DNA of 64,000 nucleotides from Octopus bimaculoides (Eukaryota), in NCBI RefSeq assembly GCF_001194135.2, contig NC_068997.1, positions 11,883,420-11,947,419 on the forward strand. Reading direction: 5' to 3'. Positions 25,143 through 38,552 of this stretch are shown here, one piece after another (within the stretch, counting starts at the first letter, position 1; every line of letters starts with the position of its first letter). The notes under the pieces were generated by a model. It was not told where the DNA came from, made no database searches, and worked only from the letters and a program-made list of their open reading frames with translations. The position numbers and the translations under genes were made by a program.

Positions 25143-26477
25143 GTAAGTATGATTCCTATGTGGTCGGTAAACATCATCATGACATTGATGATTTTCTGAG
25201 ATCTATATAGTTTTTACTCGCGCCAACTTGAATCCGTATATGTGCAGAAATGTACAACAACGTATGAACAAATTTTTGTTTCAGGGTATTTTTTATATGA
25301 AGAGATGATCGGAAGCATTTTGTTGCTATTTGTAGCAGACTAAACCATGTCGAGTACAAGAAATTATTTTGAAATGAAACGGTGCATTTGCATTCACATA
25401 ATGAGCGTGCAGCTAGAATAGTATATGTATATATATATATATATNNNNNNNNNNNNNNNNNNNNNNNNNNNNNNNNNNNNNNNNNNNNNNNNNNNNNNNN
25501 NNNNNNNNNNNNNNNNNNNNNNNNNNNNNNNNNNNNNNNNNNNNNNNNNNNNNNNNNNNNNNNNNNNNNNNNNNNNNNNNNNNNNNNNNNNNNNNNNNNN
25601 NNNNNNNNNNNNNNNNNNNNNNNNNNNNNNNNNNNNNNNNNNNNNNNNNNNNNNNNNNNNNNNNNNNNNNNNNNNNNNNNNNNNNNNNNNNNNNNNNNNN
25701 NNNNNNNNNNNNNNNNNNNNNNNNNNNNNNNNNNNNNNNNNNNNNNNNNNNNNNNNNNNNNNNNNNNNNNNNNNNNNNNNNNNNNNNNNNNNNNNNNNNN
25801 NNNNNNNNNNNNNNNNNNNNNNNNNNNNNNNNNNNNNNNNNNNNNNNNNNNNNNNNTATATATATATATAAATATATATAAGGATGTGAGTTTGCGTGCG
25901 TATGTGTGTGAATGTGTGTTTGCGCGTGTGTGTGCATGTGTGTTTGCGCGTGTGTGTGCATGCATGCAGTAGGACGAATAGGTCATGCTAAGCACATGAG
26001 AAACTAAAGACTTGTGTCACATTGATATCTCGATAAACCTAATCATAGTCAAGTGCCTTAGCATTTTACAATTTGTTTGTTCTAGTGTTTCATTGATTTT
26101 ATAGCAGTTCCGAAGCAGGAACCTTCAATTTCCCGTTTCTCTTTTGATGACAACTACCTTTACAGTAGAATTTTCACTTCAGTGATTTTATGCGGATCAT
26201 GGAACAAAGAAAGTCAATTATTTTATGTATATCAATATCTAGAAATCTGGATTGTTTCCTCTCGCATGGACTGCTTGTTTATGTTAGATTTCTTACGTGA
26301 TGATAGATATATTTGCTATAGCTTAGCCCTTGGTTAGGTCTGAATAAAAAGAACTATGATCAAAGATTTTCCAACGATGAATAAATAATGAATTCTGAGC
26401 AATATTATTCTCTGACATTTCACATTAACACGTGTATTAAATATGTCTATCCGTAGGGTAATATTTTTGCTACTAAC

Positions 26478-26625
26478 TGTCTTTACGTTCTGAGTTCAAA
26501 TTCCGCCGAGGTCGACTTTCTCTTTCATCCTTTCGGGGTCGATAAATTAAGTACCATTTGCGTTCTGGGGTCGATCTAATCGAATCGCTTCCTCCCAAAA
26601 TATTTCGAGCTACAGTAGGGTAAAA
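26478..26625 (+). mobile_element. SINE family 2, 5'-truncated
   Basis: TTCTGAGTTCAAATTCCGCCGAGGTCGACTTT...CATCCTTTCGGGGTCGATAAATTAAGTACC. Confidence 0.88.
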
Positions 26626-27189
26626 AATGTTGCTACTACTCCTGGAGGTCAAGTCACAGCAGTAAATTCTACCTTGTACTTTCGTGTGTGCAGCCCCCGA
26701 CACCTCTGAGTACAATTGTGACTGCGTTACTTAACGTCTGTGATGTATGTGATATAACCGCTAACACATCGCTTTGTGACATCATATGGGAGTTGTTGAT
26801 CCCTATATTTTAGTTGTTTCCTAGATCTGGTAGAACTATATGCTGATTTTGTTAACCATTATAGAATATTTTCACGAATTAAAAACTTGTTTAGTTAGTT
26901 ACAAAACTGTTCAGACTGAAAAAAGCATGCATGACAGGACAATCGGTGTCCAAATTTCTTTTAGGTGCCAATGTTCAAACTAAATTTTTGTAGATGTTAT
27001 AGACCATTGTTAATCATGTATGAAACTAAAATGCATTCTAGTTACAAAAATTGTATTTAGATAAGACTGATGATGAAAATTTATAATCTGTTGTCGGCTT
27101 TGTTTACGATTTGATCCGAGAGTGACCTTATACGTATTGCTCTAATAATACCGTTTCTAAACATTTCTACCGCATCTGATGTAACTCAC

Positions 27190-27509
27190 TTAGCAAACAT
27201 CATATCATTAATGGCAATGATTATGGCTACTACAGCCAGAATAAGTAGTAAATCAGAATAAACAACGTGACTGCAAACGCCATGTTGGTAACTAGATGTT
27301 TGGATTTTATCGCTCTCGGCACATGTCCTCCGATTGACACCCAAACACTGACATGTTCGTATTGGAACTTCTTGTGCGTATACCAAGCAGTACAGCATGT
27401 CGCTTCCAAATTTCTGACAGACTGGATTGCGTCATGGTGCTGTGTTTCTCACAGACGGTGTCCAACTGACTCTACTATGCAGTGTAGTCAACAAAATCAA
27501 GAATAAACA
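27190..27509 (-). other. Candidate 320-nt exon, Cys-rich, hydrophobic at both ends, one in-frame TGA
   Basis: Acceptor TTCTATTTTTTATTTCTCGCATGCGCAG, donor AA/GTGAGT, GC above flanks; no homolog recognised. Confidence 0.3.
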
Positions 27510-28020
27510 CTGCGCATGCGAGAAATAAAAAATAGAATGGGGACAATTTAAGCAACGCACATTGTGCATATGTATGTATATATGTGTGTGTGTGTGTGCG
27601 TGCGGGGGGAGCGGTGTATGGATGTATGTATGTGTGTTCGTATGTCTTTCTGTATATATGTATGCATGTATGTATGTATTTATGTATGCATGCATCAATT
27701 CACTTGGCTGGTTGGATTATTTCCACATACATAAATGTTTCGCGGGTTATAGAATTTTCAATATAAAATAATTGACGGAGAATAATTCAGGATCCTACAT
27801 CAAGTATACTAACCCTTGCCAAACACTTCAGATGAAAGGTAATTGTCCGGTTTAACATCACAATATGGAGTAGATTTCATGCATTCGTAAAAGTTTGCCA
27901 GTTTACAAAATAACTCAAAATCCATATCTGTATTTATCTGTTCCTTTTCCCCTTACGGTCCCTATCTCTCTTTCTGTTCCGCTGTGCCTCACTGTGTCCC
28001 AATACGTCTCCCTACTATAT

Positions 28021-28054
<34 letters not shown>

Positions 28055-28167
28055 CACACACACACACATATATATATATATACAGAGAGAGAGTAGGAGG
28101 GAGACGTATTGTGTATATATGTATGTATGTATATATATATATATGTATGTATATATATATATGTATG

Positions 28168-28216
<49 letters not shown>

Positions 28217-28382
28217 ATNNNNNNNNNNNNNNNNNNNNNNNNNNNNNNNNNNNNNNNNNNNNNNNNNNNNNNNNNNNNNNNNNNNNNNNNNTATATATAT
28301 ATATATATATATATACATACACACATTTATATATAGAGAGAGAGAGAATATTGATAAAATGCACTGCATTCTTTATTGTAAG

Positions 28383-28417
28383 ATACACGCGTTTCGGTAA
28401 ATTGCCGTCATGAATAC
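28383..28417 (-). ncRNA. Decayed hammerhead-ribozyme-like motif (Penelope-type minimal HHR)
   Basis: Minus strand GTA-TTCATGA-CGGCAATTTACC-GAAA-CGCGT-G-TAT; palindromic ACGCGT stem III; core positions mutated. Confidence 0.3.
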
Positions 28418-28488
28418 ATAATTGCTATTCAAACATTAGAGTGCCGAACTTCGGTTAACTGTCGCGTTTCACGGAGAATATATGCCGT

Positions 28489-28534
<46 letters not shown>

Positions 28535-29328
28535 GTGTGTGAGTGAGTTTTTGTGTGAGTGTGCGTCTATACAATATGTATGTGGTGAAAACATATGCTT
28601 TAGAGATGAATTCGATGTTCCATTTAATAATTTTGTTCTTCCCATTAAGTTTTTCAAAAGGTTGCTAGTTCCGTTATGTTTTAACGGATAATATATTCTT
28701 ATATATTTTATGCATCCTTTCATCACGTAGGCACATTATTCGAAAATAGGTGATATATGCGTATACACAGATATACCTATATATTGAAATATATTACATC
28801 CACATTTATAGTTCTATTAATATATGAATGCTTCACTGGTTTCGAAAGCACAAATATGTATGTATATATATCATCATCAGTAGTTCATATAACCGAAAGA
28901 AATAAGCACATTCTAAAACCTTTGACCAGCAACTTATCGTTTTGGGGAAGTTAAATGCTATGACCAGTCATAGAGTGACCATGGGTTTCACACCTATAAA
29001 GCGCTTAATAGTCACACGAGTCCGAAAATGGTTTGAGAAAATTCAGACCAATAACAGCCTTTGCTCACGTGTATATGTGTGGGGCAAAGTGACAGAGGCG
29101 CTAGAGCGTTGTAAAAAATCTGACTTCTGCTAGAACGTATGAGATTTTATGATCTGTGTTCATGTCCATTTGAGATCAAATACGTCTTTAAGCTTGCTCA
29201 TAAAGTAAAATACCGGTGAATAATCGAGATCTATATAGATTAGTGTCTCTTCATATTTTAGGTCTCGCATATATATTTGAAACAATTTTTATGTATGAAT
29301 ATATATACACAAACTCACACACAATTAG

Positions 29329-29391
<63 letters not shown>

Positions 29392-29843
29392 GTGAGGAAT
29401 ATAGATACTTGAAATACCTCGCGATATAATTCTTGATTTATTAATATTATCCAGCAGCTCTGCCTTCTCTTCTCCATTTAACATTTCTATTTCTTACATT
29501 TCTTTATGCATATGGATGGTCCTGATTACAAAAACTTAAGTAATTAACGGTCATGTAAAGGAATGCAGGAGAAACGTAGTGAGAGTGATTTTTTTTTATT
29601 AGTTTCCTAATCAAATGTGCGAGTTAAATGTTGCATATAAATAGACATAACTTTAGCTATCTTGTACATATTTATTTTTTTTATTATGTTTTGTTCTTGT
29701 TTAGTATCTTTGCGTTTATTTTGGGCACTCTGTCTACTAGTTTAATTAGATTTATTGTTCTCTTGTTAAATAAATGCCACAGTTTCACGAATTAATATCA
29801 TGTGATACATCTATATACACATATGCATACTCAACTATACTTA

Positions 29844-29874
<31 letters not shown>

Positions 29875-30779
29875 NNNNNNNNNNNNNNNNNNNNNNNNNN
29901 NNNNNNNNNNNNNNNNNNNNNNNNNNNNNNNNNNNNNNNNNNNNNNNNNNNNNNNNNNNNNNNNNNNNNNNNNNNNNNNNNNNNNNNNNNNNNNNNNNNN
30001 NNNNNNNNNNNNNNNNNNNNNNNNNNNNNNNNNNNNNNNNNNNNNNNNNNNNNNNNNNNNNNNNNNNNNNNNNNNNNNNNNNNNNNNNNNNNNNNNNNNN
30101 NNNNNNNNNNNNNNNNNNNNNNNNNNNNNNNNNNNNNNNNNNNNNNNNNNNNNNNNNNNNNNNNNNNNNNNNNNNNNNNNNNNNNNNNNNNNNNNNNNNN
30201 NNNNNNNNNNNNNNNNNNNNNNNNNNNNNNNNNNNNNNNNNNNNNNNNNNNNNNNNNNNNNNNNNNNNNNNNNNNNNNNNNNNNNNNNNNNNNNNNNNNN
30301 NNNNNNNNNNNNNNNNNNNNNNNNNNNNNNNNNNNNNNNNNNNNNNNNNNNNNNNNNNNNNNNNNNNNNNNNNNNNNNNNNNNNNNNNNNNNNNNNNNNN
30401 NNNNNNNNNNNNNNNNNNNNNNNNNNNNNNNNNNNNNNNNNNNNNNNNNNNNNNNNNNNNNNNNNNNNNNNNNNNNNNNNNNNNNNNNNNNNNNNNNNNN
30501 NNNNNNNNNNNNNNNNNNNNNNNNNNNNNNNNNNNNNNNNNNNNNNNNNNNNNNNNNNNNNNNNNNNNNNNNNNNNNNNNNNNNNNNNNNNNNNNNNNNN
30601 NNNNNNNNNNNNNNNNNNNNNNNNNNNNNNNNNNNNNNNNNNNNNNNNNNNNNNNNNNNNNNNNNNNNNNNNNNNNNNNNNNNNNNNNNNNNNNNNNNNN
30701 NNNNNNNNNNNNNNNNNNNNNNNNNNNNNNNNNNNNNNNNNNNNNNNNNNNNNNNNNNNNNNNNNNNNNNNNNNNNNNN
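29875..30779. other. Assembly gap (example; 21 N-runs in the window, others include 9370-10102 and 56206-57148)
   Basis: N-run flanked by (TA)n and (TAA)n. Confidence 0.98.

Positions 30780-30824
<45 letters not shown>
30780..30824. repeat. (TAA)n microsatellite at gap edge
   Basis: Direct reading. Confidence 0.9.
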
Positions 30825-30825
<1 letters not shown>

Positions 30826-31298
30826 GTGAGAGACTCGCTTCTAATGGTAGATTAGTTTGGATTTTCCTCTGAATGAGTTTTCTATTAGCAGTTAAGCCTG
30901 CAGTCAAAATGTCGACTGAACTCAATTATAGTCAATAATGCGCATATGCATTTAATTATTCCGGTTTCCATTTCATTAAGCATACTCTAAATGAAATTGT
31001 AATGCCACAATATTAAGGTTTGAATTGTTTCTTTTCTTTTCTTCTTCTACTTCTCCCTATACGTTTGCTTTCTAGTGAAGGCAATATAATTGTAATTACC
31101 GCAAACAAGAGGTGTGGGCCAAACATTAATGATACTGTTGAAGATCGTATGCATTACAATCAATGAAATGATGATTCTTCATGCTTTGCAAGTAATTAGA
31201 CTACTGGGGGCTTTTATTGTCTTGTTGCGTTTCTTCGGACATGCATTTAATATCTAGAATAATATTTCCCCGCTGACAATCACGTTATGTAACGTTGT

Positions 31299-31509
31299 TT
31301 ACTCTCTCTTTTACTCTTTTACTTGTTTCAGTTATTTGAGTGCGGCCATACTGGGGCACTGCCTTAAGTCGAACAAATCGACCCCAGGACTTATTCTTTG
31401 TAAGCCTAGTACTTATTCTATCGTTCTCTTTGGCCGAATTGCTAAGTTACGGAGACGTAAACACACCAGCATCGGTTGTCAAGCGATGTTGGGGGGGGGG
31501 GCAAACACA

Positions 31510-31545
<36 letters not shown>

Positions 31546-31717
31546 CATACACAAATATACAACGGGATTCTTTCAGTTTCCGTCTACCAAATCGTCTCAC
31601 AAGGCTATGGTCGGCCCGAGGCTATAGCAGAATATACTTGCTCAAAGTGCCACGCAGTGGGACTGAACCCGGAACCATGTGGTTGGTAAGGAAGCTACTT
31701 ACCACACAGCCACTCCT
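31299..31717 (-). mobile_element. SINE family 1, full length, best-preserved copy
   Basis: A-box TGGCTGTGTGG, B-box GGTTCAGTCCC, internal (TA)n, 3' tail AAGTAAAAGAGTAAAAGAG. Confidence 0.92.
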
Positions 31718-31784
31718 AGGAAGAAGTCTTCTATTTTATAGTTTCAAATTTTATAATCCTCATCAGTTTCGTTATCTTTTATCT

Positions 31785-32212
31785 TTTAGTTTCTCCAATC
31801 ATTGAAGTACGGCTATGCTGGAATAATGCCTTCAAGGACCTTTTATGGACGAATCAAACCCAGTACTTATTTTTTAAAAACCTGCTACTTATTCTATCAG
31901 TGTCTTTTACCGAACCGCTTGACTACAGGTACGTAAACACACCAACATCGCTTGTCAAGTGCCTGTGGGGGACAGACACAGAGGGTTTGACACATACAAA
32001 TACACACATGTGTGTGTGTGCTTGTGTGTATGTGTGTGTGTGTGTGTGTGTGTGTACGACCGGCTTTGTTTCAGTTTTTGTCTACCAAAATCGCTCACAA
32101 GACTTTCGTTTTCCCAGGCTGTAGTAATAAACAATGTCCCAAAGTGACATGCAGTGGAACTGAACTCAGAAACATGTGATTGGGAATGAACTTCTTACCG
32201 CACCGCCACGCA
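31785..32212 (-). mobile_element. SINE family 1, second diverged copy in tandem
   Basis: Same modules in the same order as 31299-31717, with internal (TG)n. Confidence 0.85.
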
Positions 32213-32381
32213 TATACAATTTATTAGAATGTACATTTTCCTCTCTCTCACCCTCCCTTTGTCTCTCTCACCTTCTAATACTTATTGTAATTTTTTACCA
32301 CAGCAAGACCATAGAAGATATCTCAGGATAAGTATTGTAGTAACTGCCATGTCAACAGTGTCTATACATGAAGTATATTTT

Positions 32382-32382
<1 letters not shown>

Positions 32383-32448
<66 letters not shown>
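32383..32448. repeat. (GATA)n microsatellite
   Basis: Direct reading. Confidence 0.95.
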
Positions 32449-32449
<1 letters not shown>

Positions 32450-33177
32450 ATGTATGTGTAATTATGTATATGTGTATATAAGGCAGGGGAGAGAGAAAAT
32501 ATTACAGTCAAGGCGCAAATAAAATATATATCTAGATGCATATATCAGTTTATGATATGGACAAAGAGCTCAATCAGAAATGGATTTAGTTACAGAGAGA
32601 AACTTCTCTCAAGACGGAAATAAAATACTTCTCAATTTACATATCAATTTATGATATGGATAAAGTAAAAAAAAATTATTATATTGCATATATGTATGTA
32701 TCCGTGTCTGTATCCTTGTGCGTGTGCGCGCGTGTGTGTCTGCGTTTATGTGCATGTGCGCGTGTGCGTATGTGTGTAGCATATTGTGTATTGTATATTG
32801 TATTGTATTTCATAAAAATAAATGTTATACAAAACATTCTGATTCCAAACTAATGTGTCAAATTACTATTTTAACTGGAGATATGTTTTTAAAATTTTAA
32901 AAACCTCCCAACACATAAAGAATATAAATATTTTACTGATAAATATTACAAAAGTAGACCTATGGTATAGATATATTATGGACGTAAAATTTCTCAGAGA
33001 TAATACTCAACATTTTTCCCTTCAAGATCTTTACTTACATGGTCTACTAGATGCTATACCAATGAGTCAATGGGCTTTATGCTACTGCTTGAACTATTTC
33101 TAAATACTTGGGAATTTTAATAATATCAGCATATAAAACACCACTTTAATATTTCATGATTATCTTATGCGAAAAAG

Positions 33178-33385
33178 TGGCAAAATTGTTAGCGTTCCGG
33201 ACAAAATGATCAGCAGCATTTCGTCCGTCTTTACATTCTGCATTGAAATTCCGCTGGGGAAACTTCCCCTTTCATCTTTTCGATGTTGAGAAAATAAATA
33301 CCAATTGAGCACTGGGGTCGATGTAATCGATTTAATCTCTCCCCTGAAATTGCAGGCCTTGTGCCAAAATTTGAAAGCAATAATA
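33178..33385 (+). mobile_element. SINE family 2, diverged
   Basis: GGCAAAATTGTTAGCG...GCATTTCGTCCGTCTTTAC...CACTGGGGTCGATGTAATCGA...GGCCTTGTGCC. Confidence 0.8.
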
Positions 33386-35149
33386 TGGAAAAATTAGGAT
33401 AATTGAATCCTTGTGAGTGAAAGGTATTAGATTGAAATAATAAGCATCTAGAAGGAAAGAGTGTATAGCAATTAATGTATATATATTCAAAGCTAAACAA
33501 AAATATTATACTAAACAAAATATTTCACGGCCAGAAATTTTTATCAAAAATTTTATTGAAATGAGAGTGACGGAGAGGGAGAGGTGCAATGGGCTTCCTC
33601 ACTTGATGTGTCATGTGCTTATATTTACATGAGTTATGACATTCGAGTGAATACCTCTTTCGAATTTAGGGCAAAAATATTTTTGCTTGATATTTCACGC
33701 TACAAATTTCCCGATATTATCTGAAGCTATTCACTTTATATTCGCTCATGGTAATTGGGTTCGTTGCAGTGTATTACTAAATTATATAACTCGCATCGAT
33801 GTCTTTAAAACTTTTCTTAATACCTAGAACAAAATATCTGCGTTAGAAAATACATTTTCAAATATAATCCCCACCACTAAAAAAAAAACTTGTACACGGA
33901 TATTAAAAAGGTTTCTGTGCATTTAATTTTCTTGTTTTATAACTATAAAACCAAAGCAAATATCATTAGAGAAGCAAACTGCCATGTGTAGCTGAAAAAA
34001 CTCGTGCAAGCTACTTATTTACCATAGGACATTCAACATTTTTAACTCAATTTCAATTTTTATTGCACTTAGCTGTCAACTCGTATATCTTCATTATTTT
34101 TTTTTAATATTATTACAGCAGAAACGAATGCTACGAACAGATATTTATGCAAGACGTTTTGCGCGATAATATGTAAGAAACTGGAATTTTACTGTCGTTA
34201 CTGTGTGCAAAGAAATCAGAGAATAGTCATAATTTTATTTGTATTAAGAAAGGAAAATGAGCCCCAAAATATCAAATTTTATATTCCTACTAAACATAGA
34301 ACTTCAGTCCAAAATCCCATGTATAAATATATTTAGTTAAAAGAAAAACTGCTTCAAGAAAAGTTATTTCAAATATCATTTCTATCAAAAATCCTAACAC
34401 GATATTGAATGAAGAACTTCCAAATCAATTAACGAGTCAATACCTCTCTGCCACAGATCGAACATTATGGGGGTAATATAGCATCAAGTGCATTTTATTG
34501 GCTGCAAATAATTCAATAACTACATAATTTTATATAATACCAAGAAAATTTAGCTGCTAACAGAAATCCAAACTATGAGATTGATATCCTGTGTACAGTG
34601 AAATAGTAAATGAAAAAGCCAATTATTTGTACCACCCGAAAGACATATTTGATCTTTGATCATGGAACTACCAAACGCATATACTTTTCAATCTGCTGCT
34701 TCCTTCATTTCTCGGCGAATCGGAAAGTACTAATATCCTAGATTTGGGATATTCTTCATTTCTATATTTTCTTATATCTCTCTCACACCTTATATGGAAA
34801 CCTTCCTGAATATCATGTTCTACATGTGTGGCCCTTCTACAAACAGCCGTGAGGAAGTTTATCATTTTCTCATACCTACTCTGCATTCTGCCCATATTCA
34901 CTATTCCAATTAAACGAATTTCGAACGATGCCAAATCTTCTGCATTTTAACTTTCTATTTTAATTCATGTATATATATATAATACACACACACGCACACA
35001 CATACACACAAACACATATATATATGTATGTTCACACGCTAGCATCGGTTGGGAATAATAAGTGCTCAATTCTGCAATGGTTGATAGATATGCTTTAGTT
35101 GAGCATTGAAAAGGGAACTAATTGCTCCACATGAATGTGTGCAGATAAT

Positions 35150-35226
<77 letters not shown>
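35150..35226. repeat. (GATA)n microsatellite
   Basis: Direct reading. Confidence 0.95.
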
Positions 35227-35227
<1 letters not shown>

Positions 35228-37767
35228 TACTTGATGATGATTTCGATTCAAAGATATCTAAAAGTCGAGTCCTCTCCATCCGTCCCGCGTGTATGCAAGC
35301 GGGAATGAAATTATTTTATATTCAAAATACGATTACAGTGTGACAAGTCTTGTTTGTGTTGCTTTTCTTTCTAAATTTTAAAAAATGCTTAATCTTTTGT
35401 CTGCATCCAAGCCAACATTTGAGCTGGAATGACAAGACTTATAATCAAGTTTTTACTTATAGTTACCTTATTGTGTCATGAGAAATGATATCTCAAATTT
35501 ATCATGAATATAAATTGACATTTAGTTGACAAAACAAATACACTCAATATGACTGCGTCTGTGAATTCTATGACTGATACACTTTGTTCTAGAACTGTAA
35601 TATTTCGGCGTATGAATCTTTTAGTAAGAATACCCAGTATCTCTCAGTTCCATCTGCTCTGTTTTTTGCTTTTTTTTTTCAAGGTTCTAAATGTTTTTCG
35701 AGATGTTTTAGTATACAATGTTACTTGAAATTCGGTGAGAATCGCTTGAATATCAATTCCCAATCCATCAACTGGACCTTACTTCACGCACTGCAGTTTA
35801 GGTTTCATGACATAAATATAGACTGCTTATTAATTAATACTCGGTAATTCGAGCTGATGTAAATTCCGAACATGTTATTAAATAAGCTACAGTGTGTGCA
35901 TGTGAGTTTGCATGTGTGTGTAAACACGCGTGTGTGTGAGTGGGTGTGTTTGTGTGTGTGTGTGACTGTGCTTAATAAATTATTTTAATTTCCCATAGTT
36001 CGCAAACTAATAGTGTGCCTATTCTAATAAAAGCAATATTTATGAATATAATTTATGTCAATCTGCAGGATTAACTATAAACTGGGTTCTTCTTGAATCT
36101 TCAGTATATTTATAATTGCATCTAATTTAAACAGATCCTCAACGTGTAAATCAGAATTTTATAATCACTCCAAATAATTACCAAAGCAATCAACTGCCAA
36201 TTGCTTACATATACATATACAAGATTATGACTGTAATTATGTTACTGTTATATAATATATTTCTCATAAAACCTTCCTGTTAATATCATTTTAGATTGCT
36301 TAATAAGAGCGTTCCCACGCCGTTAGGAAATTGCTTGGAAATTGCATCTCTTGTTACTTTATTACACTATACACAAAGATAAAAAGAATATCGTAAGCTT
36401 ACATTATACATCCATATCGGTAGTATCGAATATTATTTTAATACATGGTTGGGAAAACTGAAGCGGATGACCCGAATGAAATTATAAATATAAATGAAGA
36501 CAATAATTACCTATATCTCATAGATATTTATTATTTTAATCCTTGATTAACACAGAATGTGCAACACCGTCACCAAAGACATTCAGTAGAGTTCAGATAA
36601 GTTGTGTTCTTTAGGCTGTGAAGCACATATTAGGAAAGCAATATCTGAGGCATGATATGTTGGATTATACAAGCATGTCAGTAGTCATTAGTAGTGTGTG
36701 TGTGTGCGTGTGTCTCTGTGTGTTTATGTGTATGTGTTTGCTCGCGCATGTGTGTGTATGTGTCTGATTACGCGTGTGTAATGTCATAGATGTAGAATCT
36801 ATTACAATACAATTGATTAAATTGTCACCTTAAGAGTTGAGATTTGTTAGCTCTTCGCAATAAGTATTCCATTGATAATTCGAAATGATAATGACGTATG
36901 TTACCAAAGGTGTATCCTGAAGTTTTCTGCAGGTAATATCTATCTCTCATCATTCATCAATGTTCTCTAACAAGTGTAAATTGCAAAGATAGATTACAGA
37001 TGTATAACTTCAATCATCAATTATACATATTCCGACTCAGAAATGTTTAATGGAAGATTTAATCGTTTGAAAGCAATTTTATTTTACGTTACTATTAGTC
37101 CCCGATGGATAAAAATCTATTCGTAAGACACATAGTCTGAGCGGCAATTATAACATGCAAGTAGTTAGTAATCTGCAGATGTGTCCCTGAAGGCACTAGA
37201 AATTATGTGTAAAAAAATTTAATAGCTCAACAAAAGCAACATACAATCTCGGTTGGTTAATGAACGCAGTCACGTATAAAAACTTAAGCAAATATTTGCT
37301 TCCAAATCAGAATTGCATAAATAAAAATAGTAAACATAATAAAATAAAATAAGCAATCTAATTTCGTTATCGACAGAGAAAATGATTATCATTAACCATT
37401 CGCAGATTCCAAGTGAGGAAAGTAACGTTTTTTCATATCATTTAAGATATTGATGCGGCAAATCGAAAAAATTAAACAAAATGATATTACGACAATATAA
37501 TTTGCAATCTATAAATTCTGAGTCATTGCACAGTAATATAAATAACACTGTATGTGTGTGTGTGTGCGTTTGTGTTTGTGTGTGTGTGTGTGTATGTGTG
37601 TGTGTGTGTGTGTGTGTGCATGTGTGTGTGTGTGTATATATATGTTGATAATACTGTGCAATGACTTAGAATTTATAGATAGCAAATTATATATATATAT
37701 ATATATATCTTTATATNNNNNNNNNNNNNNNNNNNNNNNNNNNNNNNNNNNNNNNNNNNNNNNTATA

Positions 37768-37799
<32 letters not shown>

Positions 37800-38407
37800 C
37801 ATATATATATATGTATTTGTGTGAGTAATTGCATTCATGAAGCTATCACTGTGTGTGTGTGTGTATGCGTGTTTGTGCGTATGTGTGTAAGCAAACATTT
37901 ATATTATGAATGTACATATATTTTTTGATATGTGTATATATTTATGTTGGAATGTAGCGATAAACGGATTCCATTTAAGAGTTCCATAGTCAAAAGGTTA
38001 GTCTTATAATGATTTTATTGACTAAACGTAAACAAATCAATGTATATAAGTTTAATTATTATGTACCGGAACACATCGTGTCCCTGTAAACTGACTGTAT
38101 TCAGTCATGAGTTTCATTGATGCGGCTATGAATGATAGGTATTAAAATTTACCCAGATTCATCACGTCCATAATTATAAAGTAACAAATCACAACGTAAA
38201 GAGAGCACTTTCAAATAGCAAAATTCTTTATTGGTCAAATATTGAATATGAAAGCCTGCAGTGAAAAACTTGTACCTCATGAGCTGTGATTTTACTGAAT
38301 GTAAAGCCCCCCCCCCAAACAAATCGTGGCGTATTTGCAGCCTATTTTTGTGTTAAAATATGTTTGAGTGACAATTGAGATATAGAGTCTTGTGATATTT
38401 TGGAACA

Positions 38408-38552
38408 CCCCAGCGCTCAACTGGTGGTTAATTTATCGACACCGAAAGAATGAAACGTAAAGTCCACTTGTGTGACATTTGAACACAGAACGTAAAGACG
38501 GACGAAATGTCACTAAGCATTTTGCGCAGCACGGTAACGCTTCCGCCATCTC
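38408..38552 (-). mobile_element. SINE family 2, diverged
   Basis: CCCCAGCGCTCAACTGGT...TTTATCGAC.CCGAAAG.ATGAAA...AGAACGTAAAGACGGACGAAAT...CTAAGCATTT. Confidence 0.8.

Noticed and set aside
29059-29089. 10-nt match to the miR-87 5' end on the minus strand within a small hairpin
   Set aside because: The rest of the mature sequence does not match and the stem is too short.
34668-34934. 88-aa protein-like minus-strand ORF with an AG/GTATGA donor
   Set aside because: No pyrimidine tract at the acceptor and no recognisable domain; compatible with chance.
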